A stretch of DNA of 64,000 nucleotides from Candidatus Omnitrophota bacterium (GTDB lineage: Bacteria > Omnitrophota > Gorgyraeia > Aquiviventales > Aquiviventaceae): contig JACQRB010000014.1 of the NCBI GenBank assembly GCA_016206685.1, forward strand, positions 9,152 to 73,151. The letters are read 5' to 3'. Below the pieces are notes generated by a model. The model was not told where the DNA came from and did no database searches. It saw nothing but the letters and a program-made list of their open reading frames with translations. The translations under genes and the position numbers were made by a program. Below, one piece after another: positions 62,401 to 64,000 of the stretch (the stretch's first letter is position 1; every line of letters begins with the position of its first letter).

Positions 62401-64000
62401 TCAAGATTCCGGTGTATCTGGGCATCGAGCGGCTTCCGGACGGCGGGGAGAGATACCGCGTCATCATGATGGGCAAGAAGGGTCTTGAGCAGGCTGAGAA
62501 AGAGGTTCACAAGGATCTTGAGCGATACGACGGGTGGAGGAAGGGACTGAAGGAAGGCGGCTTCATCCAGCAGGTCTCAGCCCTCGCCGGCACGTACCGG
62601 CAGCGCATCTGGACCTGGCTTTTTGAAGGACACGATTGGGAAGCGCGGTTGTACCGCGCCAGCGCCTACCTGTGGGACCAGGCATTGATGGCGCACCGGG
62701 CGATGCTGTCAGGCAGTTGGGATATCGCCGAGGGAATCTTTGAGTACTTAACAGCTGTCGCTCAAGCTCAGAAGGACAGCCCGGTCGGAAAATTCGGCGG
62801 ATTCGCGGCAGCCTTTGACGCGTATCGTCGCGGCTCGTTCGAGGAACCCACCGTCGGTCCGAACGCAGCCATCGGTCTGGCATTTCTGACCTACGAGGCG
62901 AAGACAGGCGATACACGGTATCACCACCTGGTTGAGGATATCGCGGATTGGCTCGTGGAGATGCAGGGTGCCTCGAACGGCGGTGGAGTCAAGCAGTCGG
63001 CGCGGCTGACCAAACAATTTGGAGAGCCGAACGCCCTCGTCCATGCTTTCCTCAAGGCAGCCGGTCGCCCAGAGGCGGCGGCGCAGATTCGCACGTGGGT
63101 GGGGGAGCGCATGTGGGATCCCAGTAAGGGGCTGATGAGGGCTGAGGAAGGGCAGGATCAATACTCAGCCGACGCCCAGAGCCGCTGGATTCTCAGCGAG
63201 ACGGACCTGTTCTTCGATTCAAAGGACAAGGGCGGGCTTGGCATGGACGCGGACGCCTTCTGGAGTTATCTGGAGCGCATCGAGAGCCGGTTCGGGGTGA
63301 CGGAGAATTACACCAAGCGGGACGGAACGTTTGTCAAGGACTTGAAGCTGTTCGACTTGGCTGACAAAGACAATGCCGGCAGGATTGCGCGGCGGCATGT
63401 TGACACAGACGGCAAGGCGCTCCGGGCAGGGTTCGCCGAGGTGACTGGCGAAATGATCCTGGTCTATAAAACGGCAGCCAGGAAGTTTTCCGCGCTCGGT
63501 CGGAAGGGCCTTGCGGACAAGGCGCTTGAGAAAGCGAAATTCTACGCCGACCAACTGGAGCGCATGAAGGGCGAGGATGGCACGTTGCCGCAAGCAACCC
63601 GCAAAGACTTCTGGTCAGGGTTTGGCTGGTACACGCCGTTGGGTTATGCGTCGGTGGCATCCAAAGGGCAGGATGGCATAGCCAGATATGGGGATAACTT
63701 CCTCACCCCCTTCACCGACGAATCGAAGGAAGACTCCTCCTCGGTTCAATTGGAGCCGATTACGCGACCGCCTGTTGAGGCAACCATCACCAAGGAACAA
63801 GCCGTCTATCCAATAGCCGAGCTCGGCAAGGAGAAGCGCGAGCCGAAGAAGGAGCTGTTTGCCGGTTTGGTGGAGCGCAAGCTCCTTCGTGACAAGCGAA
63901 ACGACGGCTCCATCACGCCTGATGAACTCAAGAAGTTAGCTAAGTTCGAGGAGCGCCAGGAGAAACTGATCTACTACAACCCTGACGGCAGCGAGTTCGT
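41457..64000 (+). CDS. Giant multi-domain, multi-TM protein; 5' end present, 3' end beyond the window (more than 7,514 codons in window)
   Basis: A frame-0 TGA at 41451 is followed by ATG 41457, and then there is no stop through 63998 (hand-translated across the whole length; codon phase cross-checked at 46200, 52620 and 59100). The ORF track shows no + ORF in this frame after 41441. The N-terminus is signal-peptide-like. The start lies 15 nt downstream of tadC on the same strand. Confidence 0.85.
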   Translation, partial: MRIDRWLQLKRTKAFCISLAMLFAAEQCVWGADLNLLHTLQLSGEQQRQLDQALSAAVLTIYQDLYSREPSSEELREALEFLRRSPQLAHLVERLSQSPESRWRLRQLNPERIKQRKAEAAQISQAVSRTVGGFLRDVLHSSLITHHSLLVITPTLTLQPAPIVLAQLDEPAIQSIESWLRQPDTLCANCAPNALAPLLGMVGVNVSRETLTAQAFLLDYLSGNAEFGILRTPHFEGPLFISMDTVQRLAQAYGLTLNAVELTSDELLLLKYPMIAALDLTQDGQADHYVVVQDANEARVVYYESDGTRESLPTHEFLRLFTGFALVASADSYGRLLNQSQTRTIAGGRSRRQELPDLDKLFEEPSLGDTLMSVGMSLASAYFSPMGSGDFLSNFGSSALYSQVSQGATHLAVRTFGWSPGAAQIFGYGVTGALSGATTGAYQSNYRWNSDSWLGSTMGGWFDIQAYPISTGAAMGALKGAAIGGGSLLAYEALKDTSFYESNPFVARQMTSLVGGAGGYLGFYGLTSLAGIDPAITVSKSYVDAQQDFKLGNATLANLTLIPEAFEKQGGYQVWASQAFGGALGGLYLAFSDPAFQTSLVSQGIGLAAEYAVPNSRYSRLLGQSAGSLGAAALGYGSVGWPEVLRDAAISGLSSLALQSLGGGFDRNTGKNNWGLTPVQMAAVEYAGTTLLRATWDSGAGWYRGSNDALSSTFTDSLGRNLRNLSLDYATFGRTTPAWTRGAGGWVEAQYIEKLAQVSGIANFKANADHAMQTTGQSWNQFVKSGRLDDILPSPAFSLVDYTASTLHSAAVENLAFPMRDFASRMLPQTPPQSIPFKDGTIGKLQVAGATFGPPGGSDLVVNSYALYKDGQELGQYVGVDPKTGTIRVAGDIEGDAVQYYDDQGKLTAAITETGILTPQVAGATFRSPVGTDTFTVDTYELRDFSGTPLGQFIGFDAQGKVRVAGDLEGAQVRYFDQAGQLTANISYDTTAKEFLVTHLFSKNATLALEDTSITGALWQTTDLAGNVIGRAIYNDDQLVATISPDNRVVTPELKGVQFNIPNEGTATLDIHAVHDLVSGKRLESVAVDPKTGQTRAGWGPQDASTAFHYPTPTGGLRIDRVNVDPDTGEMGPVGIKAYFDEHKRLLGVVDSTTPEHPVTRIAAAQNEITEPARQLGFEDGEVFDIHVGEDSVKPITQVASREGLGQYVFNYARDTAIFQTEPGASTQSLVKQLLGPEVIVPESASATVVFDKTGTPVVLLPTPQAEQPMRVFEVNWQEESPLDLMKRFIEETSQPSSTGSPLNLESADLTLQQKPVGNDITGTSQAKAALVELIHYGMGPEGMTVFTGKDGQQRLASLESKTPETHIYRFADDGSKVGINPTSGTVVFAEDATGKRFLNESGKLTRLELNPRQAETLDLQGRGNLELKAGDAPATFTADSKGQLRLIEGTATATGPDAFTQNLSVATGDALVGKPLSQQTQASTSLVRQFQQEFNDKGYPAVFGVAPLAVDGIAGEQTKQAAQLALGRELSVINAQGEQARLTADKMVEYVRQNPGKLSALTNPFISPEEKAAALREIEGTRSPTLDMRERRLQGLATAIQKGDYEQALVGREQYKVAVALSYNLNALKSLDSLKPVPDDVRPMLESAERKLVIGDIAGSQLELGKAKLAAQVNDTIRNYIRVLDAPIQTEFDVVRNNIYAGYEAASDVISNSISTIPGLETSRDRDTPLGARGDAAPDRIEPYLKVLEGIKATLADPDLTPNGLRVAQEKFQQVQILVQRDQSRDLADANAWARGYATLFDQALNDVRAGTFDSTMSKYGGPINKLSYSEVRDLFGKALAGDQAAQEIGRLGPDLTAVNQALRDAMPMEQKAFMAAHHGTLMVAARSAGAGLALGPAAWFAPLSTGISALLLTSTLGTQSLAQAFETSIREQSAFDEAPVKQAMIKMAFDTVNLWNVGIGYFSDARLFFIPSLLFSYKPYVSEGSFAKSYEVPLAIAATFAAAGFSFPTYEAGKTIPGVLREAYQQGSRTPVWGSEVLGGFREIFGSGGPAAKTSWRSLTLAEETAGLSKSAQMVMAPSQTATLAAGIMRDAAIFNAGVGLVTGGHSALDLMYQTITDPNMKAFALAAPFLTPIASPILQRAPIAGRIANLFEKGNETFFAETLGRGVLARAERYFVEEFIKEPLISKSVLMSQYLPDGAREIAEELFDRTPNISSHISGATSRTSGVPFHNSMGVLGVLQGGQFQEIPTGITEPKILYGASGEPVRMLMPGEAASVDVSAQQTPVTLVNELGRPFGQELAQPVTLFGTDNQPVTGSPIDVAASSPALFDASGNQPLTEPVKVYSPGQLFDASGKEVVPAPVLAEVASDIRAKSFPTVDQPLTPPAVVDVALLPKTFVQEHRLTSPVTVDRWTYDSTSNLYEAQANLPGASAPLTFQFNPTSGPRVDTIQLGDTTYDHTGISRIFEPGLHQFGDRVYAFETPLKLPVANGTPNLTTLPPSIVDVTPLMGLLPANLPTELRNDLALKLTRHEGNVAEILNRPELALQDRTLIMTYFAIQDLIDPAQLKPAEESKLVQAVHDLVGQGIPKIPVRELATRYALPMRSEVLATDTILLIPQFKTATGERSPPPAAGAQVIPLHTVPSFGAAPSAPEMQIAASAESVPLPQLPRKQEPLIEEPITEPGVPPLSTPIPTPSPLSWQSRVRGTLRHGSSYLQTERPVETMLGSGLALSALSVFLTGGATLPLVATALATGAAAFLKQAQTETPAVVPPVVEQGEEPIRKPAEVVNLAEWRARLMRGAKTVPAQAWKIAAGIFGTLTLSDWTKWSGRVGLFAVAMVLGFPGVVLAHQFLAKATGLLAAPEAWTAIKASENTLWGIARDVLRANGIEPTNTQIANLVNEIAQHNGIASPDVIRIGQQIDVPSQYATPEAIAQLTGQTVPAPQPPVAETPASAVEQAPPTAEQVAPPAQVQPAAGEQLQETSSAALSAWQQALDGLTVNAEWLSSAFLILAGVAILGIASLLIFRWWSRRRSQVSQPVAEPKFVEPDEAIPVEQPTSGRIIMLDDQAVGEVKQPGDIKEVEGRILYGRLEQERVQLMQRYLAGDQSVEARIRKLEAQRNDALDQLKVAAEQYDDDVLLSLLNPDGQQRFAVGQQISRDERGGRNVIGEILEARRATEEAAKQQARDAILSDVDQAISASTEAWQLEQHKRTFLDNVLDPAKLASQEFTDDEVAALRQEVVRRFEQAGERLIVTEAKAEEAVAQKLAERQLAESALEEVLKTREVYYRAFDERKTLGLQKVEEAGEPYRQAQTEAAQAWLQSRREVVRHLLRLWVPLWKTGPREGETPEAKVERLTNTLLERFERIVQSGRYSNEDALHFLDQLVRARTTFEREGLAEERALVERHIQDLIAMIEAVSDGTVYWEGNLVGQDFNKLFKAGLPVAILGDEAEGQQPPYTITVVTSSGFKGRREYIGDQEVSAQVSVRGTAPAEVKIGPTIEAKEAAKPAEVEEAAAPTDGEASAVRADADIVRVRVEGSKVVTVAEALEAAKERGVVTEEVINRVSQGAYRVEVEIQRRDGSVGATIDARLMGGLEYGVAPGSSIILTPTAPTAKEPRPGGLEGQAGFALVEVLPGVAGGVLVSIALYPLIGWLGGLAGLAVLGGLWLVASRIRAPAEEKASGLAVGVPRLSVLEPDDGGDGQREQDHASEDDIQAHFSLFDHLRSLLSHVATLYRITSIPMPLMKIVGRKGEGETTWPITTLARKMFAALYNAFASPFRWLSSSFINSSISLVWSPVNVTLTPTLLSLGFLLAWALGWIPDVTLGADGWHGSLPYFSFGGLAKIIKESGEGGDKSTTKELVFTTQEVAALLRVHLSTVYHLIDKGLLKASRISSHIIRIHRDALEETFGAGAPEVKWLTVEEVAKRVKLHYRTLLRRIHAKGLKAYRLGGGEGDFRIRQDDLNAFLTARKTNPALTPPAARSGQTGSEVFPGPWFPPMRSDPTSPWRERDRGGVEFGDLGPFNEPPASPGKIEPNDSADAVVAVLVRWSEQGISKAQFESVLSWWDPDKEREEEALRPQLRSGDPLTGWLLGALEQYQQEYQQEPTNPTLAVAAKTLREFLSPPPVAEPQQGGRAQTKEEEALVEKQKLEQRVRTTFHDLAIPVNVIIGSVEFIREALGQHPEAKPLVQQLTKLMGELNAKLNHARARVVKVLWEEARSTQDARTRLMELVDGIRTSLEDLARWWDLHQDDLLQYVRDTPGEPRVAWARDRISKVLPQARELLDQVLEEEAPTEVDLGSLVTRVQADFPATDSLTVTLADLPPVLPRVRVKAFGLRRGLWNILRNAEEAGATRVGIRLTLVPLTPIPGAPPGIAIEVANDGPAIEEGVLAKLFKEQVTGKEHGHGIGMDALGRLVRASGGTIRADNREGHPVFTIWLPAFTPTVGGGAPSGKTVELKRSGMEAVRQLRELYTRALELLDQPTQLPALMTEASRAVDQILVGEARRMAKDLLNPLSGLQLAVELSLRRQKGWLPGEREGLSSMLRRQLEELDDINRALEGWPDDQPLPIETLREGLPAILDWRAILAVAPAKAERFYQTAIKTVESLASRHNVFRELLDFTERITLEDAVKIYAETVRSYLNGAYKDQDPGALIAASDWRDVFENKLTPFSSDMRLFGGQETQTFDKKSIEKVREIGRVVIALHTLKSKMQSGEWDPEVVKRAFAKAAMEGAFLQHVKNALTDRDQRDWSQKDLEELARSLGITELKLNDLIDDLAARQAIPVEPGLVIRIERESGGFQVSLPTINKSRPSSTRKRLMAWAVTSVVMSALAAWAKMSVGAAEPGTFSQFVGDLLGAGFLGAVTALLAAVVMLPVVLMGRHPAPRRGSGTLAELSDWLAGDIPSSMDAGKWKERLETFRQEAGYAHVPEADFVEAVQGIIHEDKQWIRKQVEFLSLSAKEEDARGSAAERIARKAQETAPDNPDAPTYLILLTTAELIAAVLSRPEPGGKGITRRQILRSALLLGGARLLGLRSQARAAEPPQNPADAQAILARIVTPQRRRAIERAARLLDVEPELIEAFLIEEVLYRESKSRWGRWLADTKDLLSSRASRGVMQVRMDTILGTKTTSRHLLTFLKELRAFGEDGEPRTDEERDAREALREVMTAWDTYETVAKPLGKKLKDYLYESVAKLLLYDRFNILAGAFVMRIKAGQDGAANKDKGPRIHSRHWKAETLERVAKFYSGAEKSNRGKHKLAWYRILKPEAPSRQRVPQKRKVSVPDATGRAAVESGLILATDWKGRKEDELKQLDERMGLTPERLKKLRVLNANLKQVMWEVLQMYKHAPNQRYHVESFAFFGSIVTASPEEFLRRLDDPEHDEHGLPTHDVDVAVNVTPRDNVPVQRYQPIWYRRRRINVVTSGVTGGGPSALLDVKRLEASENYLLEFLRERVASLSPEERLALFDRTVLDKVADELIAHWKRQEKDGKPLLALQMGLATSPGLTDRESKALIVSLRKQEEAIVQILMDIYRARERDKLGWEMEGPLTQVLHERVRQEISRELAMSWLERSPDAVNVASQDYVRQIDQDDALRPMLTTVISRSENVKDRLEALALIMNTMQDRQSRGVDVFEPLWDNMMKELLSQGVAQLNPQDIAMAELIRLEIFASLLARARTLNSSEATTVQATFGVAFAAAFAPKLLSVLGLSAPIIPMMAWPVAFLALGYGIWFKRALFGQIHQAVRGWLGRPPVVSGKLDVDALAREVTDSLDLIERGTIELFSLKEMDEEGARAAAAAYGLALEALRNSIIGALKRDRRPYDDKIVDAIQERAVQLLRPGSVVSQETGERLPSSANGWRTLHSWLVPLVGAGLLSLYGFGGDFSWGLVGLTLAMLGGLAAVSYLASTASSRLANFFRSSRSSLTWSSRASSFFSMSKLHVLRTDVSFFSRSISSVFLRPISLSRSISSTIWLTFGSIRSTDLRTPESPSPNVRNSPRNSSSRALVRPDSALEDGLRAGDITSSPSSSRPLDIHHQQSRVNPKFLGLLLRQIAAGLRSLWAGKVSPAHAPPQPQVRSWISRIRPLIISFFVIATTLFLPTLGWAGTYVVRQGDSLWRIAKAQLGDPLRWTEIHQANPAIINPDLIFPDQPITIPEPSGTSDAITQLAGQPAGGEQAPFGPQSVPDTGGLADLITQAIQAHPDVLLAIGAVGLAWLGYVAYRWWTRRPSNPSLSRDLQIRWLWMTFGFRQFLKELRPRFNTAFVALLLYVLTSFNGVLVAAFAGALSSTKPAAQTGQLQRSPLPDFTSSPLFIAPTLEEIKYYGDLRKAIGKVEESKRWVALMERLWTKTDGTRFMLTSLKEGELYTPVPVEGADGPDKQFVTTKRFMDFVRDEKTASRVYAAPSIPGPLDLAKIKEDWRQITNPRELERAHEKRERLYVVFTWREADGTLKEGLLEAGKLAAEDTERLSKAFLNGLFLSSQLLDVLAISNPQAQAKEIKARFGIDIDVEVGKQPYAAVDVKRDELGNITQVVGFYRDDDIEVEPNWETKRAELILKEKDGNKSPLKFWPLNKDEMGLTFARKTPNEIEREIGVRAGKEYEGERYDLEKDGEPLARGEIILGQNFLESRLVDNKMAQLLLHVQMESLLHSVDFLEKRRVLDLILVPINIGLAVAGKGVPIPISNIARMAFEALYHDKLKAATPTPEQQVEFFAQFLMVRQKAQRAGQRLSDDEFARESETAKEQWAALKPEEQSRLRDDAKTYLVERFSDFDDERFFHFVRAQRTEQTARFLLNAFTLFADIAGAVLEQDTVKVRGGFKGTQQIVFDQPRFKLAVDILRAKYLSLTEVNLGQLISLAATGRQLNLMSVREFGRGSFLNTFFSAVSLRPDTLSVVNALHKAFAPPETAWQKVFETSPSTPRFIVELFGFPIQTFSELALKKDVLRAMSESHAYEVTDGWFSSSVTPYTQERFEHLDKIPIGKVIQLESGQQVKIPVYLGIERLPDGGERYRVIMMGKKGLEQAEKEVHKDLERYDGWRKGLKEGGFIQQVSALAGTYRQRIWTWLFEGHDWEARLYRASAYLWDQALMAHRAMLSGSWDIAEGIFEYLTAVAQAQKDSPVGKFGGFAAAFDAYRRGSFEEPTVGPNAAIGLAFLTYEAKTGDTRYHHLVEDIADWLVEMQGASNGGGVKQSARLTKQFGEPNALVHAFLKAAGRPEAAAQIRTWVGERMWDPSKGLMRAEEGQDQYSADAQSRWILSETDLFFDSKDKGGLGMDADAFWSYLERIESRFGVTENYTKRDGTFVKDLKLFDLADKDNAGRIARRHVDTDGKALRAGFAEVTGEMILVYKTAARKFSALGRKGLADKALEKAKFYADQLERMKGEDGTLPQATRKDFWSGFGWYTPLGYASVASKGQDGIARYGDNFLTPFTDESKEDSSSVQLEPITRPPVEATITKEQAVYPIAELGKEKREPKKELFAGLVERKLLRDKRNDGSITPDELKKLAKFEERQEKLIYYNPDGSEF
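41874..41901 (+). repeat. (cactcat)x4 heptamer tract inside the giant ORF
   Basis: Four perfect tandem heptamers encode HSSLITHHS. A unit that is not a multiple of 3 means any copy-number change shifts the frame. Confidence 0.9.
41985..42450 (+). other. Peptidase C39-like (papain-fold cysteine peptidase) domain of the giant ORF
   Basis: The candidate nucleophile context is LCANCAPNALAPLLGMVG (Cys codon at 42014). The downstream DHYVVVQDANEARVVYYESDG (His codon at 42318) matches the C39 Cys...His layout. A heptamer module (42126-42170) is inserted in-frame. Confidence 0.55.
43995..44440 (+). repeat. Two tandem 74-aa protein repeats (222-nt period) in the giant ORF
   Basis: VAGATFGPPGGSDLVVNSYALYKDGQELGQYVGVDPKTGTIRVAGDIEGDAVQYYDDQGKLTAAI aligns with VAGATFRSPVGTDTFTVDTYELRDFSGTPLGQFIGFDAQGKVRVAGDLEGAQVRYFDQAGQLTANI. 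A degenerate third unit lies near 44620-44800. Confidence 0.8.
45912..46040 (+). other. Peptidoglycan-binding domain (PG_binding_1-like) in the giant ORF
   Basis: SLVRQFQQEFNDKGYPAVFGVAPLAVDGIAGEQTKQAAQLALG fits the V..LQ..L...GY....DG..G..T..A pattern. Confidence 0.6.
50061..50228 (+). other. LysM domain 1 of the giant ORF, flanked by TM segments
   Basis: IKASENTLWGIARDVLRANGIEPTNTQIANLVNEIAQHNGIASPDVIRIGQQIDVP is LysM-like. TM-like segments lie at about 49930-50000 and 50465-50530. Confidence 0.6.
52500..52625 (-). CDS. Candidate 41-aa single-TM peptide, antisense-embedded in the giant ORF
   Basis: MIEQREVGLYIIFGGMVLFALAIAAVVWLQDRQARHAHRKP. It has SD AGGAG 5 nt upstream, and its ATG overlaps the stop of the upstream minus-strand ORF (ATGA). 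Confidence 0.5.
   Translation of the reverse strand: MIEQREVGLYIIFGGMVLFALAIAAVVWLQDRQARHAHRKP
52622..52816 (-). CDS. Candidate 64-aa two-TM protein, antisense-embedded in the giant ORF
   Basis: MKLDESQRKGLANALYNAANIFLASVVIGQVVSPSPFRPTIFISGIGMLVILYSVATWLNKERR. The ATG lies 7 nt after a consensus -10 box, giving a leaderless configuration. Confidence 0.5.
   Translation of the reverse strand: MKLDESQRKGLANALYNAANIFLASVVIGQVVSPSPFRPTIFISGIGMLVILYSVATWLNKERR
52824..52852 (-). promoter_or_regulatory. Consensus sigma70-type promoter on the minus strand inside the giant ORF
   Basis: The minus strand reads TTGACA (52852-52847), a 17-nt spacer, then TATACT (52829-52824). These are the same hexamers as the pilin-operon promoter. 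Confidence 0.55.
53040..53360 (+). other. Two tandem excisionase/MerR-type HTH (HTH_17-like) domains in the giant ORF
   Basis: The two copies are FTTQEVAALLRVHLSTVYHLIDKGLLKASRISSHIIRIHRDALEETF and WLTVEEVAKRVKLHYRTLLRRIHAKGLKAYRLGGGEGDFRIRQDDLNAFL. Confidence 0.65.
53890..54775 (+). other. Histidine-kinase core (HisKA-like H-box plus HATPase_c) in the giant ORF
   Basis: H-box TTFHDLAIPVNVIIGSVEFIRE, N-box LWNILRNAEEAGATRV, G1 IEVANDGPAI, G2 GHGIGMDALGRLVRASGGTI, ending HPVFTIWLP. Confidence 0.7.
56484..56567 (+). other. Internal twin-arginine (Tat) signal-peptide-like segment in the giant ORF
   Basis: GITRRQILRSALLLGGARLLGLRSQARA then AEP. It has an RRxxL motif, an h-region and an AxA site, and sits immediately upstream of the SLT-like domain. 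Confidence 0.5.
56590..57090 (+). other. Lytic transglycosylase (SLT, goose-lysozyme-like) domain in the giant ORF
   Basis: LIEAFLIEEVLYRESKSRWG...SRGVMQVRMDT...YDRFNILAGAFVM fits the SLT pattern of a catalytic E-S, GxMQ and AY/N..G. Confidence 0.55.
59141..59494 (-). CDS. Candidate 117-aa coiled-coil protein, antisense-embedded in the giant ORF
   Basis: MSPARKPSSSAESGRTNALLEELRGEFRTFGEGLSGVRKSVERMEPKVNQMVEDIDLLKLIGRKNTDEIDRLKNDTSVLKTCSFDIEKKLEALELQVKLLRDDLKKFASRLEAVEAK. SD AGGAG lies 8 nt upstream and the stop is TAG. The sense-frame translation here is S/R-rich low complexity. Confidence 0.55.
   Translation of the reverse strand: MSPARKPSSSAESGRTNALLEELRGEFRTFGEGLSGVRKSVERMEPKVNQMVEDIDLLKLIGRKNTDEIDRLKNDTSVLKTCSFDIEKKLEALELQVKLLRDDLKKFASRLEAVEAK
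59526..59554 (-). promoter_or_regulatory. Sigma70-type promoter on the minus strand inside the giant ORF
   Basis: The minus strand reads TTGACA (59554-59549), a 17-nt spacer, then TATGTC (59531-59526), about 30 nt upstream of the SD-ATG of the coiled-coil ORF. Confidence 0.5.
59748..59894 (+). other. LysM domain 2 of the giant ORF, flanked by TM segments
   Basis: TYVVRQGDSLWRIAKAQLGDPLRWTEIHQANPAIINPDLIFPDQPITIP is a canonical LysM. It is preceded by the TM segment IRPLIISFFVIATTLFLPTLGWA and followed by VLLAIGAVGLAWLGYVAYRWW. Confidence 0.75.

Overview
High-GC (about 60-63%) bacterial chromosome segment with three parts. (1) 1-24.6 kb is a canonical dcw cell-wall/division cluster: mraZ-rsmH-ftsL-ftsI-murE-murF-mraY-murD-ftsW-murG-murC-murB-ddl-ftsQ-ftsA. 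It runs straight into yggS-proC-yggT with no ftsZ after ftsA. Housekeeping genes follow: a purine nucleoside phosphorylase, a frameshifted ileS, a dksA/traR-like gene, lspA, lgt and rluD. (2) 25.2-41.4 kb starts with tRNA-Glu(CUC) and holds an atypical Tad/Flp-type pilus locus. It has two CpaF/TadA ATPases (one fused to a CpaE/TadZ-like domain), a PpiC lipoprotein, CpaB, a secretin with a TonB-C-like tail, DUF192, a consensus promoter with a c-di-GMP-I riboswitch and terminator, eight Flp-like pilin paralogs, TadE/TadG-like pseudopilins, TadB and TadC. No prepilin peptidase is visible. (3) From 41457 to the window end, one + strand frame (codon starts divisible by 3) has no stop codon. That is more than 22.5 kb and more than 7,500 codons, still open at 64000. 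The supplied ORF track omits it, presumably because it never terminates in the window. I translated it by hand. It encodes a signal peptide, a C39-like cysteine peptidase, tandem repeats, a peptidoglycan-binding domain, two LysM domains, an SLT-like lytic transglycosylase, two HTH domains plus a histidine-kinase core, an internal Tat-like signal and many TM segments. Two short islands inside it carry convincing minus-strand transcription units with consensus promoter, SD and ATG. The pilus locus plus this giant cell-wall-targeting ORF is the candidate novel system. The window also holds two unusual repeat families: about 115-127-nt hairpin elements bridging a stop codon to the next start while sequestering its SD, and 4x heptamer/octamer tandem-repeat modules at gene junctions and inside ORFs. 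All calls rest on manual translation and motif recognition; no searches were run.
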